Below are positions 36,263 to 45,102 of a stretch of DNA of 64,000 nucleotides, in pieces. The notes under the pieces are model-generated. The model was not told where the DNA came from. It ran no database searches and saw nothing but the letters and a program-made list of their open reading frames with translations. The DNA lies in NCBI GenBank assembly GCA_035480055.1, contig DATIIB010000009.1:149068-213067 (forward strand). The letters are read 5' to 3'. Positions within the stretch are counted from its first letter, which is position 1; every line of letters starts with the position of its first letter. This DNA is from Candidatus Saccharimonadales bacterium (GTDB taxonomy: Bacteria; Patescibacteriota; Saccharimonadia; Saccharimonadales; DASZAF01). The position numbers were made by a program, and so were the translations under genes.

Positions 36263-38776
36263 CTACCGCCCCGTATTTTCTCGTATCCACTCAAAGAGAT
36301 CGGTGTGATATTGGCTGATTTGGCCATTTGCTTCATTGCGGAATATTGCCACGTCAAATGCTCCATCTCCGAGAGGCTCACGCACGAGTTGCCGCTGGCC
36401 ATCTGGCAGTATTTCAAAATGTAACCTGGCAGCCGGGAAAGCTTCCAGGACATAGTCTCCGGACACTTGTGCCTGGCGAGCCAATTCAACCGCTAACTCG
36501 GGGTTATGTCGAAAGCTTACTGTAGTTACCCCGCCTGGATTCATTTGCCGAAGAATATCCTTAGCATCTTTGTGCTGCACGAGTCCTTCATAAAAAGCAG
36601 CTTCAACTTGTTGTGCACCGGCATGTGGGACAAACGCAATAGTTTCCACCGCCGTAGTAACAATCGGCGGATTTACCCATCTACCTAGTTCTCTGGTATC
36701 CAAAGTGAGAAGCGTATCGTCCCTTGTCCCGTGGGTAGCTACATAGGCGGCAAGTACTCCATAGCGGTCTTCGGTGGGGAACCCTGGGCCCTGGACATTA
36801 AGAATACGTCGAGTAGGGAGCAGTTCTTCTCTGGCTTTCTTTCCTTCTTCCTGGACCAATCGTTCTCTTAATCTTTCGATCGCTTCAGGGTCTTCCTCTC
36901 GAGCTACCTGTACCCGTTGTATTTGCTTGATCATATCTTCAAGGTCTTCGTCTGGGATTCCTCTCGCGCGCTGGGTAAAGGCCGCTGTTACCATCCCGGC
37001 CAGCGCCGTCTCCAAGAAGTGCGGAGGAGCAAGTACGATTTCAGCTCCGGTCATTATGGGTTGAGGTTGCACAGGTTCTGCCTTGCCAGCGATAAGCTTG
37101 TCATACTCCTCGATTGCCTTAAGTCTTTTCTCAATCCTCTCGGCATCACTTACAAGCATCTTTCTAGCTGCCTCTGCATTGCTCTGCGTACCTAAAATCA
37201 GCGATTGAGTAATACGGGCACGCTGCAGTTCTGCTCTAAATGCCCTTTCTCGTACCTCATCTGACTCTTTGCCCTGAAGGTATTTATCAGGGTTAGCCAC
37301 AAAATATGCTTTAGCCGCCCTTTTAACTGGTTCATCTAAAAACGAGAGCACTGCATTTGGCCCATCAGAGTCCCCACCCTCTAAAAGTTGCTGGCGTAAC
37401 CTGAGTACCGCAAGCATGGCCTGATCCCTGAGCCTTTCAGGATCCTCATCTTCGGGACGTTGCCCCTGTATGTATCCTTCTGGGTCGGCTTTCATCGCTT
37501 GCGCTGCACGAGCTTCATGTCTCAGACCAAATAGCACATCTGCATGCCTCACGAGTCGCTGTTCAGCATCGGACTGTAGCCCTAGTCTTGTTAAATAATG
37601 ATAAGTAAAACCCATAACTTGCCATTGCCGTTCTTCGCATCCTGGGGAAGGAAGCTCAGGCTCTGATTTAAAGGGCGAGGCTGCATGGCCACTCACTAAT
37701 TCATCCTGCCTCTTTTGGAACCCGGCGATGGCACCAAAGGCTTTTTCACGACGATTTGGCATCGAAATATATAAAAGGAAGGCGCGCCGAGCCGCATCAA
37801 GCCGCTGCTTTTCATCTTTTGATAAGCTTTTCTCTTTACTAAAGACCCTCACCTTAACTTGGCCTTTCTCATACGGACTAAGTCCTTGGTCGTCCAGTCC
37901 CGCATCAATCTCTTCTGCAAAACGTAACACACGAGCAACTTCACTCTCTTGGCCGGGCGCAACATCTTCAGGCCATGTAAATTTCAGGCTGTCTAAGAGG
38001 ACTTTCAGGCTGGCTTCTTTATTTGGTAGATCCTCAAGAAACTTCTTGTAATCGACGTTCTGGAAAGCTTCCCAAATACCTTCTGGCTTGGTTTCCAAAA
38101 TCATTCTCGGTATCTGCGAGGGATCTTTCAACGCTTCCTTCATTTGACGCCCCGTTTCAGATAACGGAGGGCCTTCGAGCTCTGGAACATCATCTTCGGG
38201 TGGCTTTTCGGAAGCTTTATTAAAATCCGGTGGTCGCTCGGTGACTATTTGGGCAAGCAACAGGTTTAGCGTAGAAGCCTCAGCTGACTCATAAGGCTCC
38301 GGCAAGTCATTGTTATACCAGTCAAAAAGTGTAATATCCATTGCGAGCGAAGGGTCTTCTTTCCCAAGATTTCCCACTACGGCTTCCAGGACTTCTGTAT
38401 CGGGTGCCGAAACAGGAGCTTCTTCGCGCACTGCTGGAAGCGGATGTTCAGTCTCTGTCTCCGCTGTAATTTTGGCCGCCAGAACGTCAAACCACGAAGT
38501 CTCTTCATCAGGTAGAGCATCCGCTTCTTCCTTTGGCTGTTTGGGTGCAGGTTGTGACTGCTCAACGATACCCACTGCCTCGGGTATAGTATCCTCGTGC
38601 TCCTCATCTACAACAGCTCCTACAGGGATTCTGTCTTCGATATCCTCTACTGTATACCCCTCGTTGGTCGCCGTAAGAGCCTCAGTTGCAATATGGCCCT
38701 GAGACCCTTGTGCAGCAGCATAGGGATGCCACTCGGCAGCGCTGTCGGATTGCTCATAATATGGTAGCTCTGACAT
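36263..38776 (-). CDS. Hypothetical acidic, largely helical protein, island member P6
   Basis: 837 aa. IPVGAVVDE at residues 50-58 (38603-38629). No family recognised. Confidence 0.75.
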   Translation of the reverse strand: MSELPYYEQSDSAAEWHPYAAAQGSQGHIATEALTATNEGYTVEDIEDRIPVGAVVDEEHEDTIPEAVGIVEQSQPAPKQPKEEADALPDEETSWFDVLAAKITAETETEHPLPAVREEAPVSAPDTEVLEAVVGNLGKEDPSLAMDITLFDWYNNDLPEPYESAEASTLNLLLAQIVTERPPDFNKASEKPPEDDVPELEGPPLSETGRQMKEALKDPSQIPRMILETKPEGIWEAFQNVDYKKFLEDLPNKEASLKVLLDSLKFTWPEDVAPGQESEVARVLRFAEEIDAGLDDQGLSPYEKGQVKVRVFSKEKSLSKDEKQRLDAARRAFLLYISMPNRREKAFGAIAGFQKRQDELVSGHAASPFKSEPELPSPGCEERQWQVMGFTYHYLTRLGLQSDAEQRLVRHADVLFGLRHEARAAQAMKADPEGYIQGQRPEDEDPERLRDQAMLAVLRLRQQLLEGGDSDGPNAVLSFLDEPVKRAAKAYFVANPDKYLQGKESDEVRERAFRAELQRARITQSLILGTQSNAEAARKMLVSDAERIEKRLKAIEEYDKLIAGKAEPVQPQPIMTGAEIVLAPPHFLETALAGMVTAAFTQRARGIPDEDLEDMIKQIQRVQVAREEDPEAIERLRERLVQEEGKKAREELLPTRRILNVQGPGFPTEDRYGVLAAYVATHGTRDDTLLTLDTRELGRWVNPPIVTTAVETIAFVPHAGAQQVEAAFYEGLVQHKDAKDILRQMNPGGVTTVSFRHNPELAVELARQAQVSGDYVLEAFPAARLHFEILPDGQRQLVREPLGDGAFDVAIFRNEANGQISQYHTDLFEWIRENTGR

Positions 38777-38788
38777 AAGATATATCGT

Positions 38789-38794
38789 ATTATA
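38789..38794 (-). promoter_or_regulatory. -10 hexamer (TATAAT) for P6, near-leaderless
   Basis: Minus-strand TATAAT lies 12 nt upstream of the ATG at 38776. Confidence 0.4.
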
Positions 38795-38857
38795 AATACA
38801 AAGACCTCTTTCGAGTAGAGGTTAAGTAAATTTTTACTTTTTTTATTTGATTTTGGC

Positions 38858-38866
38858 TGCTATGAT
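38858..38866 (+). promoter_or_regulatory. Extended -10 element for P7, near-leaderless
   Basis: TGCTATGAT lies 12 nt upstream of the ATG at 38879. Confidence 0.45.
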
Positions 38867-38878
38867 AACAGGTAACTT

Positions 38879-40471
38879 ATGGCAGCAGACGTATTTTTTT
38901 CCGGAGGAGCAGAATCGGGTAGCGAAAGAGTAGCCGAAAACGAAGAACTCTTACGACGAATAGGCGACGATAAAGATGCTACCGATGATCCTGATGCACT
39001 CCAAGAAGAGCTTGCGGAGGGCCAAGGTTATCTGCCTGTTTCTTCTGTACTTGAGGGTGTAATGGTCGGTAAGATGAAGGAAGATGAAGGCGACGACGAA
39101 GCGCCTGAAACGCAGCAACCAGAAGAAGGGACTCCGGAAGGAGCTGATGGCGAGGCTGTTCAAGAATACCTTGCAGCTCAGAAAAATCTCACCTATCTTG
39201 TAGGCGAAGCTGCCGCTGCGGCAACCCGCGCAGAAGCAGGAAATACTATTGCAGTTCCTGAGGAAATAACGCTCCTCGAAGACGATCAAGTTCCCCCGAA
39301 CGCAATCCCTGGCGTGGTTATAAGGGAGGAAGAAGCGGCACCCGAGACCCCTGCTCCAGTAGAGGATAGGGTACCAAAAGAGCCAAGTACTCTCGAGGAA
39401 GATCTGGCTGCAGCGCGTGTGCTAATAAACAAGATAGGCACACCGTTGGTTGATGAAGCTGTGGAGAAACCTGCCGCAGATGCACCAGAGGCCGCACCGG
39501 ATGAAGCTCCTGCAGCTTCCCAAACAGCGTCGCCACAACCCTCTCAACCAAAGCCAGATGAAAAAGCAATTCCAGAGGAACCCATTATCACTACAAGTAG
39601 CGAGGGGCAACCAGATGCAAAGGAAAAACCCCCTGTCGAAAAATCAGACGCTCCGGAACCAGCCCCTGTCGACGCGACAGCCAGCGAAGAACATGCGCAA
39701 GAATCTCCTGAAATTGCTGCCGCAAAAGCAGCGGGCCAAGAAGCAGCTAAGGGGCTTCTTAAACATTTTGGTATAAAAGTTACCGACACCACTGCTGCTA
39801 ATGTATTCGGCTCAAGTCCTGGACTTAACGAGGCGCTTCCATTTACGGAAATGCCAAGCCTCAAAGAATTAGCTGGAGAGAATATCGCCCGTGTTTGGGA
39901 CTTCTTTAAGGCAGGAGCGGCAGAAATTAGAGAAGGCGTCGTGGATGCAGCCGGCGGCGTCAAGGAAGGTATCGCTTCGGCTTACGAGGCAGTGGTTACC
40001 ACCGTCAATGATCGGACATATGAGCGTCTCCAGGTTGCAACCGTTGGCAAGCTCTCGGTCGACCTTGTTAAAGCATACACTGCGGAACAGGGTAGTGACC
40101 GTTACTATGTCGTGACCGGTGATAGCTCGACTCTCAAAAGAACTATTGTCGGCGGTAAAGTTGTGCCCTCAGAAAACGGTCAAGGCGGAACCGGCCCTGA
40201 CAGAAGTCTATACGTTCCCAATCCCAGTATTGGCGTGCGAGCTTTAGATTTAGCTGAACGTGTCGTAAAAAGAGATTTGTATATCGAGCACGGTGGTCAC
40301 CTTGGTTTGCTTGCACTTTATCAAGCCTTCAGAGATCTTCAAAGAGCGGGCAGCGTTGCGCATCGTCGAGAGATCCAAACAAGATTCAACATTGATGTGG
40401 GTCGACCCTGGAACCAAGGAATCTTCCCTCGAAACTACGCCCCTCTTGACGAACGCCCTCGGACTTCATAA
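38879..40471 (+). CDS. Hypothetical acidic protein, island member P7 (Pro/Glu/Ala-rich linker + C-terminal globular domain)
   Basis: 530 aa. LPVSSVLEG at residues 52-60 (39032-39058). Long PEA-rich low-complexity region over residues ~150-280. Confidence 0.7.
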   Translation: MAADVFFSGGAESGSERVAENEELLRRIGDDKDATDDPDALQEELAEGQGYLPVSSVLEGVMVGKMKEDEGDDEAPETQQPEEGTPEGADGEAVQEYLAAQKNLTYLVGEAAAAATRAEAGNTIAVPEEITLLEDDQVPPNAIPGVVIREEEAAPETPAPVEDRVPKEPSTLEEDLAAARVLINKIGTPLVDEAVEKPAADAPEAAPDEAPAASQTASPQPSQPKPDEKAIPEEPIITTSSEGQPDAKEKPPVEKSDAPEPAPVDATASEEHAQESPEIAAAKAAGQEAAKGLLKHFGIKVTDTTAANVFGSSPGLNEALPFTEMPSLKELAGENIARVWDFFKAGAAEIREGVVDAAGGVKEGIASAYEAVVTTVNDRTYERLQVATVGKLSVDLVKAYTAEQGSDRYYVVTGDSSTLKRTIVGGKVVPSENGQGGTGPDRSLYVPNPSIGVRALDLAERVVKRDLYIEHGGHLGLLALYQAFRDLQRAGSVAHRREIQTRFNIDVGRPWNQGIFPRNYAPLDERPRTS

Positions 40472-40528
40472 GAACGGCCCACCATAGAGTTTTCCTTTGC
40501 GGGTCATACCGGGAAGTATATGTCATTA

Positions 40529-41998
40529 CTACAATTTTTTAGTAGACATTGTCATGCGTTCGGCAAGCTCATCTATGGTAGTAAAAAAGTTAATCAGAGT
40601 AAGGCGGTTTTTATATGGAAGTACATCGTCATCTATCTCAGTCCATGCTTGGCTAAGATTAAGGGCTATCACGTCCCATTTTCCATCTTTGCGAACGATT
40701 ACTTTAAAGGGATCAACAAAGTCAAACAGTATACCCTGAGCGCTGGCACGGTCCATATAGAGGCGCGCCTTCTCTCGTACTTCATCACTATGGTTTGCTA
40801 TAAGGTCGATAAATAGTGGGTCAATCTCAGGGTTCAAACGAGAGGGGGTATCGGTCTCACGAATCGCCACTAGTTCTTCGTTACCATAAGTCTTTGCGCC
40901 ACCCGCCTCCACGTCAGTATGGAGTATTTTCCGGTCTGCAGTCACAAACATTTCCGGCGGCACAGGAATACCGGCCTCCGTACAGGCAAACCATACTGGG
41001 GTGAAGGCATTTCTCCCTCCACGCTCAATCATCGGCACTGGGACTTCGGCATCATCAACCTTCACCACAACCAAATTCTTTGGTTCACCTGAGCCCATGC
41101 GCCTTTCACACGGCTGCGACTGCACAATCTCTACAGTGTGTTGGGAAGAAGCTCGTTCTATATCATCAGTAAAGAATCGCGCCTCGACAACTCGCGGCTC
41201 AGACGGTTCATCAACTAGCTCAAGGAGCGGCGGAACCATTGGTTCAGGCGAAAGTGCCCGCAACGCGGTGGAAATATATTGTATGGTAAGGGGACGCTCG
41301 GGAGTAACCAGCATCCCGCCAGTAGGGGAGGCGTCTGGTTCTGTGTTCATTGCCGGCACCTCTTTTTCTGGATTCATGACCGAGAAAGAGATACGCCCTA
41401 CCTCTGCGCAATCAGTCTCATCTTCAGGAGTTTCCTCAGCGTCTGCATCATGAGTGACAATCACATCAAGCTCTCGTATAGTGTCAGTAACCCTAAAGGT
41501 GGGATGCTTTCCGCGCAGTTCAGGCTCAAGCTCGAATGCTTTTACGAGCGCGCAAGCCGCTGCAATCTTTCCTTTCTCTTGCTCTGCCTGCTCGTTGCGA
41601 CCCTGCTCATCATCGCCATTCTCGCCATCTCCGTCAGCCGATTCTGGCCCATCTGGTGGCTCACCATCATCGCCACCTCCATCGCCGCCATTTGAACCCC
41701 CACTCGGTGGCGACTCATACTCTGTGGTAACTCTGGCCTGTTCTCCTAGTGGCGGCACAATTATGAGCCGGCGGCCGGCGACAAGAGGTTCCAAGGGAGG
41801 GGCAGTTGCCGATTCCCCAAAAGCTTCTGGGTCAAGGACCTGCCCCGGCTCAATTATCTCTTGAGAAGTGCGCAGCTCCTCTTGGGAGGCAGCTTCACTA
41901 TCTTCGGCCGTACCATCAGCATACGGGTAGAACCGTTCTTGAGTGTCCGCATTAGTATCCTGGTGCTCAGATTTTTCCGGCATTGTCTCAATAAACAT
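40529..41998 (-). CDS. Hypothetical acidic protein, island member P8
   Basis: 489 aa. IEPGQVLDPE at residues 49-58. SPPSGGSNGGDGGGDDGEPPDGPESADGDGENGDDE module at 41606-41710. Confidence 0.7.
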   Translation of the reverse strand: MFIETMPEKSEHQDTNADTQERFYPYADGTAEDSEAASQEELRTSQEIIEPGQVLDPEAFGESATAPPLEPLVAGRRLIIVPPLGEQARVTTEYESPPSGGSNGGDGGGDDGEPPDGPESADGDGENGDDEQGRNEQAEQEKGKIAAACALVKAFELEPELRGKHPTFRVTDTIRELDVIVTHDADAEETPEDETDCAEVGRISFSVMNPEKEVPAMNTEPDASPTGGMLVTPERPLTIQYISTALRALSPEPMVPPLLELVDEPSEPRVVEARFFTDDIERASSQHTVEIVQSQPCERRMGSGEPKNLVVVKVDDAEVPVPMIERGGRNAFTPVWFACTEAGIPVPPEMFVTADRKILHTDVEAGGAKTYGNEELVAIRETDTPSRLNPEIDPLFIDLIANHSDEVREKARLYMDRASAQGILFDFVDPFKVIVRKDGKWDVIALNLSQAWTEIDDDVLPYKNRLTLINFFTTIDELAERMTMSTKKL

Positions 41999-42008
41999 AC
42001 GAAGAAAA

Positions 42009-42017
42009 GTTATAGCA
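42009..42017 (-). promoter_or_regulatory. Extended -10 element for P8, near-leaderless
   Basis: Minus-strand TGCTATAAC lies 10 nt upstream of the ATG at 41998. Confidence 0.4.
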
Positions 42018-42125
42018 TGTTCTTAAACCAAGTGGAAGGGCAGTGGTATTGTAAAAAATGTAAAACCGGTACGTTTAGGGTATCTATTGCATGATGATCC
42101 ATCGAATGTCATAGTAGTACTTCGC

Positions 42126-43007
42126 ATGTCTCAAGAAAACGCTTTTGAACCAATTGGCCACATTGACTCACCGGTCGCCATCTGGCATGGGCTACCTCTC
42201 ACCAAAACGACATATCGTTTCCACGATGCATGGCAACATGTGCACACTGCGACCACTGCCATGCTTTCGGGGTTAGCGGCGCTGCCCGAAAATGAGCGCG
42301 TCACCAAAGAGGGATTGTTGCCCAAGCGCCGCGCCGAGGTTACCTATTACACGCCAAAAGATACCGCGACACTTTTTGGCGGCTTTGAAGTAGAAGAATT
42401 AGCAACCATCGCTTTTAATCGCCGAGTTACCTCCCAGGGTAAGACGCGGTTCGCGCTGCCTACAACTCGCAAAAACGCCGAGGTCGCTCTTGACCTTATC
42501 GCAGACTCCGGGACAGGGCCAATCGAGAAACGACGCATTAGCACCACAATCACCAGCCTGTTGGGCGCCGCCACCGTACAAACGTGCGGCGTAACGATGC
42601 TCGACGATGCCAATTGGAATGACCTCCAGGCGGCAAAACTTTTTCGTATGTATAAACCAGACCAGTTTGGCGAGGCGCTAGCTAACTTCTACACCCACCA
42701 CCACATACATGGGTTGCTGGCAGCGATTGGGTACTGCAGTCTCATGCTGGACGGGGCGCACAAAGCGCTCGCGTTGGATACCTTAGATCTTCAGGCTCAG
42801 AGCACAGACCTATACAACCAAACTGCAAATATATCCAACGAACTCTCACCACTACTGCCGAACGAGCCTGCCTGGCACATGGCCGATCGCCACTTGGTTG
42901 CTTTCGCTGGCATGCGTCGCTTTATTGCAAAACAACCAGATCATACCAATTTTACGGTCCCCGAAACGGACATATGGTTTAGGAGTAAGAGTTTACAACG
43001 TCTGTAG
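42126..43007 (+). CDS. Hypothetical protein P9 (non-acidic, lacks the island leader)
   Basis: 293 aa from the ATG at 42126 (a TTG at 42087 is possible). Divergent from P8. No family recognised. Confidence 0.6.
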   Translation: MSQENAFEPIGHIDSPVAIWHGLPLTKTTYRFHDAWQHVHTATTAMLSGLAALPENERVTKEGLLPKRRAEVTYYTPKDTATLFGGFEVEELATIAFNRRVTSQGKTRFALPTTRKNAEVALDLIADSGTGPIEKRRISTTITSLLGAATVQTCGVTMLDDANWNDLQAAKLFRMYKPDQFGEALANFYTHHHIHGLLAAIGYCSLMLDGAHKALALDTLDLQAQSTDLYNQTANISNELSPLLPNEPAWHMADRHLVAFAGMRRFIAKQPDHTNFTVPETDIWFRSKSLQRL

Positions 43008-43057
43008 ACGTAAGATTTTTCACTGCAGTACAAAAGAAGATTGGATATATTTTAAGT

Positions 43058-43678
43058 ATGCAAAGCGGTACACCACAATTCGGAAGTGTTCTGCAGCCAA
43101 ATCAGGAAGATCCGCACGGTCTTATGCCCGGGTTCAGCACCCCCGCCGAGGAATCACACAAAAAACAAATGCTTGGCGAGCAACCTATAGTCCAAGCCGA
43201 GAAGTTATTATCCAAACCGATCCCCATTCCACGTAATCCTTGGGCGCTTGTGGTTCAGCTGGCAAGCGTCGTTTTTTTGGCCGACATTCTGGTGGTGGTT
43301 GCACTGCTGGCTATCTCGACCGCAACCGCGCATGCTCCTGCTGCTTTTATGCTGGTCGCGATTGGAGTGCTCTCCCTTAAAGCGGTGATGGTGATCGCTT
43401 TTATCCTCAAAATGTCCTTGCACTGGGTGCCAGACAATTACGAGATCACCGAGCGACAGCTGATCAAAAAGAAAGGCATCGCCAACAAAGAAGACAAAAT
43501 ATACGAGCTGGCCAACATCCGGCACGTCACCGTGCACGAGAGTTTTATTGGCCGACAGCTGGAATATGGCGATATCGAACTGCTGGTAGCGACCGCTGGC
43601 CTTAACGAGATTATTCGCCTCACCGACGTCAAAGATCCGCACCATTTTGAGGAAGTATTTACAGAATACCTTGGGTGA
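43058..43678 (+). CDS. Membrane protein with bacterial PH domain (YdbS/YdbT-like, bPH_2)
   Basis: Two TM helices, then WVPDNYEITERQLIKKKGIANKEDKIYELANIRHVTVHESFIGRQLEYGDIEL, which is typical of bPH_2. Confidence 0.7.
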   Translation: MQSGTPQFGSVLQPNQEDPHGLMPGFSTPAEESHKKQMLGEQPIVQAEKLLSKPIPIPRNPWALVVQLASVVFLADILVVVALLAISTATAHAPAAFMLVAIGVLSLKAVMVIAFILKMSLHWVPDNYEITERQLIKKKGIANKEDKIYELANIRHVTVHESFIGRQLEYGDIELLVATAGLNEIIRLTDVKDPHHFEEVFTEYLG

Positions 43679-43721
43679 GTTAATGCAGTTAGCAAGCACT
43701 GAGTGTTCGGACTTTTCGCGT

Positions 43722-44375
43722 TTACTCCTCAACCGTTACCGCCACAGGAGCAGTTTGCAAGCGACCGGTCTGCTGTTGCCAAGCACGAACTCGTGGACCC
43801 ACGCGGCTGGCGATCAGCGTCGTAAAGAGTAGGTTAGTGCCAAGTATATACGCCGGAAAGGCTACTGCCGCAACCGTCCAATGATGAATACTTATCAACG
43901 TCACGATCATACTTGCGACTGACATACTATAAGGAAGCGCGTGTTCAGAATCAGGCCTGTAATAGCATTTGATAATCGTTGGCACACCGCTCACCATGTC
44001 GGCACAAATGCTCAGCCAAAGTGCAGTCATTGGGTCTTTGGTGAACACCCACAAAAGGATGCCGATAGCTGTGAGCACCGCACATAATTTATCAATGAAC
44101 GTAAAAGTAATACGATGCAAGCCCTTTACGATCGCCAGCGTAAACACAATAACCGGCCCAATGCCGAGCGCCAGCGTCACAAAAGCCGCTGGCCCAACAC
44201 CTTGCGTCAACTGCACACCAAAAGCAATCAGCGCAGTTAAGCCCCAGAAAAACCAACTGACAATATGCGGCTTGGCTTTGCCAGTGACGACCGCATGAAT
44301 ATAGGCAGCACCTGCGGATAGGCGCAGCAAAATAGCAATAATAATGAGCACGTCACCACCTCTTCGATTCAACAA
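43722..44375 (-). CDS. Hypothetical polytopic membrane protein (paralog of 47588-48325)
   Basis: 217 aa with about 6 helices. Shares the K-P-H-[IL]-x-SW-x-x-W block with the ORF at 47588. Confidence 0.6.
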   Translation of the reverse strand: MLNRRGGDVLIIIAILLRLSAGAAYIHAVVTGKAKPHIVSWFFWGLTALIAFGVQLTQGVGPAAFVTLALGIGPVIVFTLAIVKGLHRITFTFIDKLCAVLTAIGILLWVFTKDPMTALWLSICADMVSGVPTIIKCYYRPDSEHALPYSMSVASMIVTLISIHHWTVAAVAFPAYILGTNLLFTTLIASRVGPRVRAWQQQTGRLQTAPVAVTVEE

Positions 44376-44432
44376 TAGTGTATGACTATAGCATGTGGTT
44401 ACCGGGTTTGCTATATGCTATTCTCAACATCA

Positions 44433-45071
44433 ATGACCGAACGCACCCCTCTCATCTTTTCGCCAGGTTTGGATGGTGACTACATAATTCCCGAACAACC
44501 AGGTCGCACTTACGGCCCAGTACTGCAAGTATTTCAGGCCGCTGGTTTTCAGCCACATTTCTTTGCACCTGAGTGGCCAGAAAGAGACCCACAAAAGTGG
44601 GGACAGGGCATGGCAGACTATGCCGAAACTATTGCCCGAGAAAACAACTCCGGAGAGGTAGCCATGGCCGGTTTTTCGTGCGGTGCACTCGTGGCCGTCC
44701 TGGGCACCCATGCATTAGAACAGCGCCAAAACGTAGAGGTCGCTGGACTTGTAGCCTGCTCCATAAGCCCATGGTTTGGAGAGGCAAGAGTGCGTCGCTC
44801 GCTATTGCATCCTCGCAGCAATTTGCACCAAGCCTCCGAGACGTTCCAAACCAATCTGCGCAAACTGACGCTGCCAAAGCTCACCAGTCCTGTCCAAGTG
44901 TACGTTGGCTCAGAAGAAATGGAGACGGTCAAAGCAATGTACGCTGAAACACTCGCCGCCTGGCCGCAGGCTGAAGGCATTACACCGCCATGCAGACATG
45001 ACATATTCCACGAGGCATATTTACGGGCGCTATCCCAAAATGTCGGCAAGCTCGCCACCAAAGCAGTCTAA
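44433..45071 (+). CDS. Alpha/beta-hydrolase-fold protein
   Basis: Nucleophile elbow MAGFSCGALVAV (G-x-S-x-G). Start taken at the ATG at 44433 (MTERTPLIFSPG). Confidence 0.6.
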   Translation: MTERTPLIFSPGLDGDYIIPEQPGRTYGPVLQVFQAAGFQPHFFAPEWPERDPQKWGQGMADYAETIARENNSGEVAMAGFSCGALVAVLGTHALEQRQNVEVAGLVACSISPWFGEARVRRSLLHPRSNLHQASETFQTNLRKLTLPKLTSPVQVYVGSEEMETVKAMYAETLAAWPQAEGITPPCRHDIFHEAYLRALSQNVGKLATKAV

Positions 45072-45102
45072 GGCGTCAAGCCATTTTTTATAGCTTAGGT
45101 AC

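Noticed and set aside
36263-41998. A possible type VII secretion YxxxD/E signal in the island leaders (PYYEQSD in P6, FYPYAD in P8).
   Set aside because: It is present in only two or three members at inconsistent positions, with no WXG/LXG features and no multi-P-loop EccC/EssC. It is not supported as a T7SS signal.
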